Origin: the human T2T-CHM13v2.0 reference genome, Homo sapiens
Reading direction: 5' to 3' (one strand)
NCBI RefSeq assembly: GCF_009914755.1
Contig: NC_060946.1
Length of the DNA stretch: 64,000 nucleotides
Within the stretch, counting starts at the first letter, position 1. Each line of letters opens with the position of its first letter. Below, piece after piece: positions 42,990-62,394 of this stretch. Both the position numbers and the translations under genes were made by a program. Below the pieces are notes generated by a model, which worked only from the letters and a program-made list of their open reading frames with translations, was not told the origin of the DNA and did no database searches.

Positions 42990-44667
42990 CTTGTCCCAAA
43001 AGGAAGAAAAGAACATATTCATTTTAAAAAGCCACCCTACTGCTTATTCATTCAACAGTTGCTGAGCACATTGGGCAATGTGGGGAAAATGAATAATTTT
43101 AAGACACCATTCCCTTCGCTGTACATGCAGACATGGCAGTTAGCTCTGCTCTCAGGTAGACACACACATCCTGCAATAAGAGGACACAGGGTGATGAGAG
43201 GTGAGAGTGCAGTTCACTGACGGCCGGAGGGCCACAGCTGCCCGACCTGAAGACCTGAGGCTTGAAGGCTGGATATCAGGGTTCGTGGCTTTGCAGAAGA
43301 TGGTAAGGGAGGTGTCTGCTGAGAATCTGGCCCTATGACGGGGGCACGTGAAAGTATGTTGGCAGGGATGTGACATTTGCATAGCAGCATCATGGGAAGA
43401 TAAATCTGACAGCGGCTCAAAGACAGTGTGGAAGTGAGACTGTGGGGTGGTGGCAGTGGTGGGAGAGCAGCAGTCTGGATGGGGGGCTCCTGGGGTCATG
43501 GAGGCCTTAACCAAGAAGGGCCTGGACTTAGAAATTGCAGTGGGATTTAAAAGAGAGGAAACATGTCAAAGACAGTGAAAAGAAGAAGAGGAACTGAGTA
43601 AGAAATACATTAAATTCTCTTTCAGGAGTGGTTGAAATGAAGTTGTCAAGCTGAAAGCACTCAAAAGATATTTTACAAAACCTATCTAGCTGAGGATTTT
43701 CTCAAATAAAAATCCACCTGCATCGATGGCTCAGCAAGGAAGGACATCCCTATGGAAGCAGAGGCTCATTCATCTCCTTGACTCTGACACAGAAGAAATT
43801 ACCTAAGTTCTGGAAGACTAAATTGTGAGGTAAAATCCAAAAGTCTCACGGAACATATAGCATATCTATTAAAGATGCAAAATAATTAAAATAAAGTTTA
43901 ATTGCATTCAAAGTTCACATTTCTACAACTTAAATTCCTGGGGAATTGCTGGCACTTAAACACCTAAACTTTCTCTCAGCAGCATTGGGCTCAAGTGTCA
44001 ACGTAGAAGAGCTTGGAATGCCGGTAAGGTGGAGACAGAAGTTTCCAGTGACTCAGATATCTGCTTCTAAAGAAGATGAGCCAAGAGCTGAGCTTTTCCA
44101 ACCCACAGCTGCAGAGCCGCCTTGCACAGGCTCTGCGTCGGGTCGGCTTGCATGATGGAGACACCAAGGAAAAGGACAATCAACACTATTTCATCAGCGG
44201 GATAAATTGCCAACGTGGTATTAAAATGTAGTAATAAAATCATATGCATATGCTAATCTCAGTAGTATTTAGAAAAGTCTATTTTGGATCTAGAAAAGAA
44301 TAATCTACATATAATTACAAGTAACAGAGATGTTTATCATCAAGAGGTCTTTGAGAAGAAACAAGCAACTGTGCAATGGATCCTTATTAAGGTTTCAATA
44401 CATAAAAAAGTTGATCACCCGCATTGAAAGGTGGGCTTCAGAAATCCCAGTCCTTTTGTTGTTGTTTATAAAAGTATCAAGCCTAACTATGTTTTAACAA
44501 GAATCTCTTATAATCATTTAGTTAATTTATCTGCTATTTTTCCATGATTTATTCATTGAATGCATATGAATTCTTGTTCAGCTGGAAATAGATTCAGTGA
44601 AAAGAGATCCTGTTTAAGGAAGAAAAAAACATATAGGCATTTGAGGATGAAATGGTCCTTCCTTTCT

Positions 44668-44709
<42 letters not shown>

Positions 44710-44712
44710 ACA
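44668..44712. repeat. (CA)n microsatellite
   Basis: Interrupted CA run. Confidence 0.9.
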
Positions 44713-45184
44713 GGCGTTGGACTTCTCATAGCTCAAACACAATGGATCAATGTCTTCAAACTTTTAAGGGAATTATTTTCTTCCTAAGAGTCTATGCTCA
44801 GACAAGCCATCAATGTGTGTGAAGAAGAATTTAAAAAGTTTCAGTTCAATAAGAACTCAGAAAATTTACTTCCTGTCCACCCATTCTTATGAGATTACTT
44901 CAGGAAGTACTCCAGCAAAAGAAGAATGTAAATCAAGAAACAAAGAGATGTGGGATATAGGAGACAGGGGATCCAACCTAGATAATAGTGGAGGCAGCAC
45001 AGGATGGTAGATCGCAGACCTAGAGCAGGAAAATGTGGCAGGGGGTGGGAGGGCACCAGGTTATCAGATACAGATGCCAGGGGAAAAAAACTCAAGAGAG
45101 GAGAAAGTGGAATAGAATGCTGGGGAAACCTGAAGGTCAAAAATATTGAACGTTATCTGAGCCCTGTTCTAGAAAAAAGTGATG

Positions 45185-45771
45185 GTTAAAGAAATCACCC
45201 CAACCTTAATGTCCCTGGATAAGGCTACTGCAAACAACTACCTTTTCCCCATATGACTTAGAAAAGATTCATAGATGCCCCAAGGTTTACCTCTGATAGC
45301 AAGGACATAGACCCTCCAAATTCCCAGTCTCTGTCTCATAAATTATTAGCTGAACTGTTTGTTCCCACTGACTAATCTGGACAAAATACCTACTAACTGA
45401 CCACAGTTTAGTTAAGCTACTCTCTTTTCTCCAGAACCTTGAACTTGGACCCACCTCAGCCAAAGCCAGCATCAGAATGTGGAATAGCCCCTCCCTAATT
45501 GCTCCTCAGGGACTCTGACCACAGGAAAGATGTTTCTTGCCCAGCTGTCTGGTCATACCATCTATTCATCTTACTCCCCATGCTTGGTTCTTTGTATCCT
45601 TGTTTACTCTTCCCCATTAAAGAAAAGCCCTCTTCTGCTTGCTCTTTGAGATGCTTACAGATTTCATGGTTGGGGCATTCTCTCCATTGTAATAATCTTC
45701 CTCTCCCTGTTGCAATAGTCGTTTCAGATAAAGTCTCTTTTACTTAAGTATGGATTTGTCTTTATTTGACA
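45185..45771 (+). mobile_element. ERV1 solo LTR (MER34/MER39-like)
   Basis: gaccctccaaattccc...aataatcttcctctccctgttgcaatagtc...ttgtctttatttgaca terminus. Subfamily uncertain. Confidence 0.6.
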
Positions 45772-45874
45772 AGGTAAAACAAAGGCAGATATCATAAAGA
45801 AAATAAAGAATAAATTAAACTCCAGGAAACAACCTATCCAATAAAATCATAGATATGAAACAAATTTAAAACAT

Positions 45875-46232
45875 TGCTATGGCCTATTTGTGTCCCCTCA
45901 AAATTCATATGTTAAAATGTTAACTCCCAAGGTAATGACCTTTTAGCAGGCGAGGCCTTTGGGAGGTGATTAGGTCATGAAAACCGAGCCCTCATGAATG
46001 AGATTAGTGCCTTCATAAAGGAGGCCCCAGAGAGACCTTTGTCCCTTCTGCCACATGAGGTTACAGTGAAAAGACAGACATCTATGATCCAGGACATTTT
46101 CAGCAGATATTAAATCTGCTGGTACCTCAATTCTGAACTTCCTAGCCTCCAGAACTGTGAGAAATGAATTTCTGTTGTTTATAAGCCACACAGTTTACAT
46201 TTTTTTTATGGCAGCCCAAAGGGACTGAGACA
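45875..46232 (+). mobile_element. MaLR solo LTR (MLT1A/A0)
   Basis: tgctatgg...tgtgtcccctcaaaattcatatgtt...gcctccagaactgtgagaaat...gactgagaca. Confidence 0.85.
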
Positions 46233-46559
46233 TATGTGAAATGATTTTCAGCAATTGGTGTAATCTACAAGAGAATCTATTTGACACTAAGGCTAGAGGC
46301 TCAGGGATAGTACCACTGGAAAACAAGCTAGTTTTCCTTCATTACCTGGATACTGAACAATATTTACATAGTTATAATAATAAAATGGTATTTAATAGTT
46401 TTCAAGTTTTAGAATCAACCTATGAACCAAGCAGGAAGGAACTGGTTGTGGCTGCAGGACAGAAGGTTAAATTTAACTACCTATCCAAAGGAAAAATCAA
46501 AGTGTAGCTGCCAAAAGCTGGACATGGAAGGAGTGGGGAAAGTGGCAGAGGGAGGAGGA

Positions 46560-48680
46560 GAAGAAGTGAGGTCACAGGGCAAAATGTCAACCTGAAACCT
46601 GGAGAGACAGGCACATGCAGAGAATCACAGCTGGGGCCTGCTTTCCTGGAGCAAAAGCCTTTGGAGGCACAGGCTGGCAGGAATACTCACATGGTAATCT
46701 TGGCAAATTCGTAGAGGCTGAGTGTGGACTAGTGTAAGAGTAAGAAATTCTGGGGGCCCAGTCTTACGTACCTCCCCACCCCCACCACCACTTTCATGGG
46801 CTTTAACTTCAGGAGTCTCACTAGCTTCTCACAGTGAAGATCTGAGAAAGATCCCCTCAGGGTTCTGGCAGGGGAAGGGGAAGAGCAATCCTGGTGCAAT
46901 ATGTCCCCAGCCTTCTCTATAACAACTTTCCAAGGGAAAAGACTTTCTGAGAGCCTTATCTTAGCTTTAGGGGAAGGGCAATCAGCCAACTCCAGCCCCA
47001 TCTAGCATTCCTGTTTTACCTAAGTGGAAAAAAAACCCAATAAACATTTCTAAATGTTGTAGCCCATGGACTCAGCCCACTAAAAGACAGAAATGTAATC
47101 ATAAAACTATAGAATGTTTCCCCTCCCCAATATTTTACCACCACATCAACCCAGCTGTAGTGAAATAATAATGGATTACAACTGAAAGAACTGCAAAACA
47201 CATACTCTATTTAAGAAGGAGCTCCTAGGGAAACCCAGAAAACAGGAGAGGAAAAAACAAGGACACTGGAGTAAATTGGAGCCTTTGCACCAATAGCTAC
47301 AGCAAACATTAAACATATCCTAACTCCTAGCCAAATGAACATAAAATCTCTAAAGGCTTATATACCTCAGTTCCTGTCTGGCTTTTGACAACAACAAAAA
47401 GTACAATGCATATAAACAGTCAAGAAAAGACACAGTATGAAGAAACCAAGCAAGCTGCAGAAGCAGACTCATATATGACACATATTTTGAAATTATCAGA
47501 TAGGGAATTTAAAATAACTATGGTTAATATGTAAAGTGTTCTTATGGAAAAAGTAGACAACATGCAAGAACAAGTGGGCAATGTAATCAGAGATGGAAAC
47601 TCTAAGAAAGAATTAAAAGAAAATGCCAGAAATTAAAAAAAAAAGCCACTGCAACAGAAATGAAGAATGACTTTGATGCGCTCATCAGCAGACCGGACAT
47701 GGTTGAGGAGAGAATTAGTGAGCTTGAAGTATATCAGTAGAAACCTCTGAAACTGAAATGCAAAGAAAAAAAGAACGGGGAGAGGGTGGATAGGACAAGA
47801 TATCCAAAGACTGGGAAAATTTCAAAATGTGTAACACCTGCATCATTGGAATACCAGAAAGAGAAAGAGAAATAAGCAAACAAACAAAGAAACAAAACAA
47901 GAGAACAAACAAAAACAAAAACCCATTTTAATTAATAATGGTAGAAACATTCCCAAAATTAATGACAGACAGCAAATTACACATCCAGGAAGTTCAGAGA
48001 ACACCAAGCAGGATAAATCCCCCCAAATCTATACCTAAACATACTATATTCAAACTGGAGAAAACTAAAGACAAAGAGAAAATCTTGAAATAAGCCAGAA
48101 AATCTTAGGAAAACACCCTTATCTATAGAGGAACAAAGATAATGAATTATAAACATCAGGCTTCTTGCCAGAAATCATGCAACCAAGAGGAGAGTGGACT
48201 GAAATATTTGAAGTGTTGAAATATTTCAACAGTTTAAACCTAGAATGCTAAATCCAGTATTCTCTGTCAGAAATAAGGGAGAAATAAAGACTTTCTCAGA
48301 CAAATAAAACTGAGAGACTTTATTACCAGCAGCCCTACCCTTCAAGAAATGTAAAAAGACATTCTTTAGAGAGAAGGAAAATCATACAGATCTACATCAA
48401 GAAAAGAAGGGTGTCGGAGAAGGAATAAATAACGGTAAAATAACATCTTTTTTTTCTCACTCTTAGTTGATCAATGGAGTAATAATAACAACCATGTGTT
48501 GGGTGATTAAAAGCACACGGGTAAATGAATGACAGCCATGTCATCAGGTACAGAAGGGAGAAATTGGAAATACCCTTTTATAAGTTTCCTGTACTTCCCA
48601 TTAAGTTGTATTATGTTACTTAAAGGTGGGCTTAGGCTAGCTCTAAATGTATACTGTAAACTCTTGAGCAACAGCTGATT
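46560..48680 (+). mobile_element. Old L1M 5'UTR and ORF1 remnant
   Basis: Decayed ORF1 motifs: catccaggaagttcagagaacaccaagcaggataaat and aaagacaaagagaaaatcttgaaa. Confidence 0.75.
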
Positions 48681-48785
48681 TTTTTTTTTTTTTTTTTTGT
48701 GACGTGGTCTCGCTTTTTTTGTGAGGCTGGAGTACAGTGGTGCAATCATAGCTCATTGCAGCCTTGAATTCCTGGGCTCAAGGGA
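48679..48785 (-). mobile_element. Partial Alu right arm (AluJ/FRAM-like)
   Basis: Poly-T, then ggctggagtacagtggtgcaatcatagctcattgcagccttgaattcctgggctcaa. Confidence 0.8.
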
Positions 48786-49054
48786 TAAACAATGTTTTAA
48801 AGAGGAAAGGGGTGCTAATATTCTCCCCTTACAAAGTGAGGGACGTAAGAGTCATGCATTCTGTCAGCACGGCTCAATTATACAGACAGAAATAGGAGTC
48901 AGAGAAGGCAATTAGCTCAAGTTGTTTCAGGGTAAAAGTGTATGAGAATAAGACTTCCAGTTAAATAAAGTGGCTTGAACACACATATCTAGTTCTGCTA
49001 CCACTCAAAACTCTTCTAAAATGACAGAAAAGGGAGTTTTAAAAAGGTTTAAAA

Positions 49055-49230
49055 CAGTGGTTCTCAAGGTGGGGTGCAAAAGTCCAGCAGCGTCAGCATC
49101 ACCTGAGCCCTCGTTATGAATGCACACTCCCGAGCCCACTGAATCAGAAACTTTGGGGGAGGGACCCAACAATCTTGAGTTTTAATGAGCCCTTGCAATG
49201 GTTCTGATGCTTGGAGTTTGGGGACCGCTG
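49055..49230. mobile_element. MER5A (hAT-Charlie)
   Basis: cagtggttctcaa...cagcatcacctg...ctgaatcagaaact...agtttggggaccgctg. Confidence 0.8.
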
Positions 49231-49663
49231 GCATAAACTCCGAAGGACTAGGAGTATGTGGAAGAAGAGAACAGCTGCTGGAGCATCTATGGATAATGGG
49301 AATAGATGTATCAGAATCCAAGAAATCACTTCCTAAAACAGAGGGAATGTGGAAGAGAGAAAATCTGATATGTCCTGCAAATACCCTCAGAGGCTCTGGA
49401 ACTGATGATATCAGGTATATCTAGAAGTGGAGCTAAAGGAGGAGTTAAAATAGGGTTGATTAAAAGACTGGGAAGCAAGCAGACCCCAGACCTCTTGCCA
49501 GACTTCACGTGTCTGGGTGCCTGTCCCTCCCAACCCTAATGGAAGACCTGGAGGTATATTCTCCGGAGATGTTGTTTCTGAGCAGGAGGGCATCTGTCCT
49601 AGTCCAAGGTAGGGAGGGTTCTTAATGAAAAGGGGAGGATTAATAAAAAGTGTATACACTGAC

Positions 49664-50132
49664 TTGTTAGTTTCCTATGGCTTTGTACCAAAATAGTACA
49701 TACCTGGTGGCTTAAAGCAACACACATTGATTCTCTTACAGTTCTGGACACCGGAATCTAAAATGAGTTCCCTGTTGTTGGCAGGACTGTACTTTCCCTG
49801 GAGATTCTAGAAGATAATCTGTTATTTGCCTCTTTCAGCTTCTGGGAGCAGTTGGCAGTCCCTGGCTTGTGGCCACATCACTCTACTCTTTGCCTCCCTG
49901 GTCACATGGCCTTCTCTTTGTCTGTGTCAAATCTCCCTCTGCCTCCCTCTTATAAGGACACCTGTGATGGCATTGAAGGCCCATCCAGATAATCCAGGCT
50001 CATCTTCCCTTCTCCAGGTCCTTAGCTTAGTTGTGTGTATCTATAAAGATCCTTTTTCCAAATAAGGTAATGTCCACAGATTCCAGGAATCAGGAACTGT
50101 ATATCTTTGGGAGGGATGATTCAGCTTACCAC
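49664..50132 (-). mobile_element. MaLR solo LTR (MLT1C-like)
   Basis: ttagtttcctatggct...ggtggcttaaagcaaca...ctcttataaggacacc...ttcagcttaccaca. Confidence 0.8.
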
Positions 50133-50215
50133 AGTGACTGGTGAAATATTCAGCCTTCTGTGACCAGTCAGTTCCTAGAGTGTTGACAACAGGAGACCAA
50201 AGAGTCTTCTCTCAT

Positions 50216-50409
50216 TGGGTTGCCCAATTAGCAAACAAATAAACAAATCAACATACCAAATCTACAGGGATACATAGTTGAATTAGAATTTCAGATAAAC
50301 AACAAAATTTTTAGTATAACTCAAATATTACATGAGACATATTTAAAAATTATTGTCTATCTTAAGTCCTAATTTAACTGAGAATCTTGTATTTTGTTTG
50401 GCAAGTCTA
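50216..50409. mobile_element. MER53 (palindromic hAT MITE)
   Basis: gggttgcc.aattagcaaa...gaatttcagataaacaac...tttaactg...tgtatttt..tggcaagtcta. Confidence 0.75.
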
Positions 50410-51466
50410 TTCTCTGGTAAATCTGAAAAGGCCAAACAAAAAGTTTTAAAGATACTGACATTGGGGGCCCCCAAGAAAACTTCAAGCCAGAGTACCATAC
50501 ATTTCAATCCAAAGTCAACAAGCTCCACCTATCTGTGTAGAACTTCTAATCTGCACCTCAGTGCCCCGTCCTCCACTCTTAGTATGGACATATTTTTGAA
50601 GAAAATATCCAACATGAGTAATAGTTTTAAAAAGCAACACTGAGGAGAGACTTATCTGGTAAAGAAAACTTTTTTTAAAAGCCTATTGTTAATACCTTCA
50701 GAGAAATGAGATAGCGCATCCATGAAACAAGAGTAGGATGTTATAAAAAAGGAACACACAGAGAACTAAAATGAGCTCTAGTAATTAGAAATATAAGTAT
50801 GGTAGCAGAAACAAAAATCTCAAAGAAGGACTGGGAGCTAAAACTGAGGAAATCTCCCAGAAGGTAGAAAAAGAGAAAGAAGAAAAAAAGATTTAAAATA
50901 TGTGAGAGAACAGTCCAGGCAGTTCAATATTCAATAACAACAGGAGTTTCAGAAAAAATAGAACAGGGGAGGAATTCATTAATAAAATAAGTCAAGAAAC
51001 TTTCTAAGAATTTAGAACATGAAAAGGGCAATCTTCAAGAAGATGAAGCTGACAGATTAGCTGACGTGTCTCGATGGATTGGAAAGAGATTAAATTGGGG
51101 ATTTAATTAGTAGGAGAATAAGTACATAGGAAACTAAATGAACAGAAGAAATAGGATAATTTGACTTCAGGGAAAAAGTGCTATGTAGAAAAGAAAAGTG
51201 ATGAGCTAGTCACAGCAAATGTAGATCTAGAATGTGGAGCAAACCAAAACTGACGCAGCAATACGATAGGCATGTGGCATGCGGAGGTAAGTTTTCTTGT
51301 GTTTCCATGAGGTAACGGAGGCTGAGGGGGCTGAGACGGTTGGTGGCATGGGATGGGTGAAAAGAGTTAAACCCACATTTTCTTGGTAGTAAGTCAATAG
51401 AAACTGCCTAAAAGTGAAAAATCAAGAAGTAGCAATATATGCCTGTCACTTAGAAGTAGGGACATT

Positions 51467-51611
51467 GGCCGGGTGTGGTGGCTCATGCCTGTAATCCCAG
51501 TACTTTGGGAGGCCGAGGTGGGCAGATCACAAGGTCAGGAGATCGAGACCATCCTGGCTGACACGGTGTAACCCCGTGTTACCATCTGGGTAACAGAGGG
51601 AGACTTCATGT

Positions 51612-51647
<36 letters not shown>
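51467..51647 (+). mobile_element. Internally deleted Alu (Y/Sc-like) with a long poly-A
   Basis: Left-arm 5' part joined to the last ~30 nt of the right arm through a short filler. Confidence 0.88.
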
Positions 51648-51653
<6 letters not shown>

Positions 51654-51674
51654 GTACAGGTACATTCACTATCA

Positions 51675-52160
<486 letters not shown>

Positions 52161-52402
52161 TTAAGAAATGGTGGCACTGCTGCTAAGACACATCAGGAAA
52201 AGTTATGCATTTGTCAGGGGGCTTTCTTTTATTGCTTTGGGTAGACTCAAACCCATTCTAATGTAACCCAGCAAACAGGAAGACATGGAGGGTATTTTCA
52301 TCTCAGAAGGCTGTTTGGGCGGACATACAGAAGAAACAAAGGCAATTCTCCAGTATGTTTTTCAGGGCCATGAGAAACATATTTAACTGAGTCCAAAAAG
52401 AC

Positions 52403-52558
52403 CTGTTTAGCAGATGGGTCAGCTCCCCTTCGGTAAGAGAACATCCACATTCTTCCAGCACTTCCTGCATCTTGCATATGGATATGTAGTTGGTTTTGGA
52501 TTGATCAGTTTTGGTGAATGCTTTGCTGATATCTTGATGGCGGTCCATAAGCTTATCC
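52403..52558 (-). CDS. EFCAB6: EFCAB6 internal coding exon (156 nt, phase 2-2): DKLMDRHQDISKAFTKTDQSKTNYISICKMQEVLEECGCSLTEGELTHLLN(S)
   Basis: Acceptor ctctctttcAG|G and weak donor CAG|GTCTTT. Degenerate EF-hand. Frame is continuous with the flanking exons. Confidence 0.92.
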
Positions 52559-53505
52559 CTGAAAGAGAGTACATTGCAGACACACCCTAAAATCAGGAAA
52601 ACAAATAACTCCTTTAAAGCAAACACTGCATGATTATTCTAATGCAATGAGCTGATGGCTCATCTAAGAACTAATTTTGAAGATGTTTTACAGCCTCAGT
52701 GTAATACTGACATTAAAAGATATCCCAGAAATATTATAAGTCTGTATCATTATCATTTTCTTATTACCATCATTAGCAAAATTACAACATTAGAGAAATT
52801 ACAACTTTGTCTTTGTACTAGAATCGGTACTTTAAAAACGGAACCAAGAATTGAAAAAGCCAGTGGTTTTACATATAGACATGTGAAATACACACTCATT
52901 CTCAATAAACACTAGTTGAGTACCTATGACATGCCAGATGCTCCTGTAGGTGTTGGGACATGTCTAGTGAATCAAAGAGGCATCCCTAGAAGGATTTCCA
53001 TTCCAGTAGTGGGGAGACAGACAATAAACAGAAGACAGAGGTACAGCACGGTGGGACAGTAGGTTTGAAGGCCAAAAAAAAAAAAAAAAAAGACAGTAGG
53101 TTTGTAGGTTTGTAGGTTTACATGCACTTTGGCTATAGGCTCTTTTTCTTGAGCAAAGATGGATGCAAAAGAGTCAGCTGGGGACTGGAGAACAGCCAGT
53201 GCCAAGGCCCTAAGGAGGAGAAGAAGGGCAGCGAGCGAAGAGTGTGGAGAGGGACAGGGCCTTGTCGGTGCTGGGGCAAGGGAGTGCCAGAGACCCCATT
53301 TTGTTTTGTTTGTTTTTTTTTAACCAGGCACTTTTATTTTTAAGAAACAGCCATCATGTGGTGTGCATCAGTGGACAAATCAAGGGCCATGAAGTGCCAA
53401 AGACCCCCTGGGTTTGTTGTTGTTGTTGTTTTTTGTTTTTTGTTTTTTTTTTTGTTTTTTTTTTTGTTTTTTTTACCAGGCTTTTTATTGTTAAGAAACA
53501 GCCAC

Positions 53506-53816
<311 letters not shown>

Positions 53817-56307
53817 AAGAAACAGCCACCACGTGGTGTGAATCAATGGAAAAATCAAGGGCCGTGCTGCCATCTCAAGTACACACACTCACATGTGACC
53901 TCTCAGCCCTGCAAGGCGGTGTCATCAGCCCTACTTTCTATAACAGGAACAGGACAGCATGCAAGCCCAGGGCAGAATCAGGACAAGACTGGACCTTACA
54001 CTCACAGTGAGGGAGACAGAGACAGCATCTTTCTGTCGCTCCCAGCTTCAGGGATGATTTTCTTGCAGAGATGTGTGATCTCAAGTCTCTGTGATTCAGA
54101 GACACTGAATTTTCAGTCTGGGAAATTTTGTCTCCTAACTCGAAAAAAATTACGGTTAAGGAACTCAAAAAGTGTAGAAATCTTTAAGAAGAAACAATCT
54201 TGCACTTGATCTATGGTGGACTGGCTGTAAATTCAATAATTTCAACTTACCCAGGTCCCTGAAAATGTCTTCCTTACAAACTGAGTAATATGCCTGTCTG
54301 ATGGGCTCAGACTTGATCTTGGCTTTGGGGTTATTCCTCAGGGGAAATAATGTGCTATAAATCCTAGAAATGAAATCTTTGGTGGTAATTGTCTACCACT
54401 TGAGGTACGTATTTGTGGGAGAGGATGCCTAGAAAAAATAATCCATAGGAAAAGAAACGTCAGGACTCTGGGAGAGGTGAGATTCAGTGGGAATATTCAG
54501 GGTGGTGAAGGAGAGCGGTATTAACTTTGAAGCCACCAAGGTGATCAACTCCTTTGCCTTGCTGGCCTCCAGTTTGGAATTGGCTCCCATGACATTTGAG
54601 TACTTAATACAAATGAGCTGCAGGAACCGCTCTGTGCATGTATCCCAACAGCAGCATTTTGGATTCCCCTACAGGTGTACATTGAATTCAGTCCCATGTT
54701 GCAGAATGATTACTCGTCATCACAACTATTATATTCCACTTAATCCTTCAAAATGAAAGCAAATGAAGGTAGAAAAAAATCCAAACATTTTTTTGAGATA
54801 CATATTTTTAGAAAATTGAAGCATTCAGCGTTTCTTGGACTGGTTTCTAGGCAGTAATTATTTCCCTTGCAGAGTAAATATGTGCACAGAGTAAATGAGG
54901 GTTTAGAGCACAGATCACAGCAGAGTGCCAAACAGAAACGGTGTCAGCCGACACTCCGTGACAAAGCTGCGCTGGGTCTATGTCCAGTTCCTGGTCTGGG
55001 CAACAAGACAGAGGCCAGAAGGGGGCACTGTTATGGCCAATGGACGGCCACAGAGCCCCTCACACACACGGCCTCCCCACTCTGGTGCTGCTGAAAAACT
55101 GCACACCTCTCAATTTGCGTTTTCGAACGAGCCCGTGTTATGTGGCTCATTTACTGTTGCTATTCTGATTCTGAGATTCTGAATCTTCAACTCAGACTCA
55201 AGCAAAAAGAGCAAGGCATGGAAAATAAATGCAAGAAGAAAAAAAGATTTTTCTTAATCTTTAAAATGTATTTAGGGCATTCCAAACAAAATGAATTCCC
55301 CTAGATTTAAGAGGCAGATACAAAATTGTGGTCACTTTAATGGAACATGACTCAAATCTGTCAATCTGATCAGAGTGTCAGTATAGAGGAGGAGGTAAAA
55401 AAAAAAAATCCTGAAAACATTGAATCTTCATTGGAAAGACCCACTGACAGCAAAATTTAAAAACAGGCCATCCTGAAGGACAAGGTTGTTTGGGAATTTT
55501 TACAAGCCGATATTTTTGAGGAAACAGAAATTGGTCATGCATTTGTCTTCTTTACTAAGAGAGCATGGGTGTGGCAAGGGGGAGTGGGTGAGAGTGAACT
55601 AGTTAACTGAGCTTGATGATCTGAAATGCATTGTGTCTTGCAGCTCGCAGTTCTTTTAGCTGCATGCCCATGCTCCGTGTGGAACAGAGGCACAGGCAGA
55701 GAAAGAGTGTACTGGGAGTTCCCAGGATGCACGGTTTCTCTCCTAGAGCCTCATTACTCACAAGTGGCAGGAAAGACGAGAAGAGAAGACACGAGTGGGT
55801 AATGAGGCCAACCCTGTCTAGTAAAGATAAATTCCACTTTTTCATTAGCTTTATGGCATATTTGATTTATACCAATCTTGCACATATTTTACTCCGAATT
55901 TCACAAACTCAATTCTCTGCTTTCAGGCTTCATAACTCAGTAACTTAGACGTAATTCAGGGGTGTGTTCGAACTGCTCTTCTCTGAAACCCTGTTGAGCT
56001 ATTACACTTCATCCCTGTGTCCTTGGCATTCTCAGTTCCTTTGGAGATTCACTCATTCATTCAGGTGCTATAGGAGGTGGTGGGACAGAGAGTGAATCTT
56101 GCCTTTTGAAATGACAGACAGGAGACAGACTCACAAACAGGTAAGAGCAAGATGGAGCTAAGACAGAGCTATAGAGCAGTAGGTAAGAGCCACACGTATA
56201 AGGAGTGTGGATGGGAGACGAAGGATTGAGATCGTGCCAAGAAAATCTGTCTCATTGCTGTAGTCACATCATATGCAGCCCAATTTTTTTCTCTGTTATA
56301 AATGTTA

Positions 56308-56646
<339 letters not shown>

Positions 56647-56664
56647 CTAGTTTTAAAATTTGAA

Positions 56665-61300
<4,636 letters not shown>

Positions 61301-61596
61301 AAAGGAATCATGTACGCTCCCACCATCCAAATCCAGTGGGGTACCTTCTGCACAGCATCTTCTGGTCCCAGGCACCTGCTCCTACATTTGATATTGTTCC
61401 ACTCATGGTACACATACTGCCCAAAACGTAATGGCCTGTTAGCCCTTTACACAAACATTTCCGTGTCCTTCCACAGTGGCCGCAGCAGGCATGGGCAATT
61501 TCATGCTCTTTCAGGCTACTCTTTGCTAAGCCAGTGCACTAATTTGGGACTGGAGGGTATTCCCTTTGTTGTCGTTGTGCTGTTATAGACACACTG

Positions 61597-61843
61597 CACT
61601 TTGGGAGGCTGAGGCAGGTGGATCGCTTGAGGTCAGGAGTTCAAGACCAGCCTGGCCAACATGGTGAAACCTCACCTCTACTAAAAATACAAAAATTAGC
61701 TGGTCGTGGTGGCGTGTGCCTGTAATCCCAGCTACTCAGGAGCCTGAATCAGGAGAATCGCTTGAACCCGGGAGGTGGAGGTTGCAGTGAGCTCAGACAG
61801 CGCCATTGCACTCCAGCCTGGGAGACAGAGTGAGATTCCATCT

Positions 61844-61875
<32 letters not shown>
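61597..61875 (+). mobile_element. Alu (5'-truncated AluS)
   Basis: Starts at cactttgggagg, with TSD agacacactgca. Confidence 0.93.
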
Positions 61876-61877
<2 letters not shown>

Positions 61878-62394
61878 CACACTGCAGGTCACACCTTCCC
61901 GTTGCTCAGCTGTTGGCTTATTCTGAATTATTTCTTCGGGATCAAGTCCTGAAAGTAGAAGTGTGAGTTAAAGGATATGTCTGGTTCTTTCCTTTATTCA
62001 TTCAACAGATATTACTGGGTGTGGGTGTCTGTTCGGTGCTAGACACCAGGTAAAGTGACAGACATCCCTATTGAGCCTGCATTCTATTTGGGCCAAGGGC
62101 GTGGCCAGGCGGTATGCCATCCACAACTAAATTTAAAGGATCATTTTCAAGGGTGACCCATAAAATATGATGAATGATATAAGATTGTGACTGGGTAAGA
62201 TGGAATGGGCTATAGCTTTTCAATTACTCTTTGACTTCGCACCAATTTCTAGAATCGACAACTGTGAACAAGCACGATCATTTCCCTGTAACTTTGCCAG
62301 CATGGGAAGGTACCATTTTAAAATAACTTGTGCTGTGAGGCCAGATGTAAAAGGGGACTTCTAGATGATGGCCCCGTGATCCTTCCTCACTCAC

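Noticed and set aside
48214-48231. Perfect 18-bp palindrome TGTTGAAATATTTCAACA
   Set aside because: It lies in a decayed L1 ORF1 and is AT-rich and isolated. Probably a minor replication scar with no sign of function.
54240-54270. 8-nt microexon candidate (ttttcAG|ggacctgg|GTAAGT on the minus strand)
   Set aside because: The sequence upstream of the AG is purine-rich with nearby AGs and has no adequate polypyrimidine tract.
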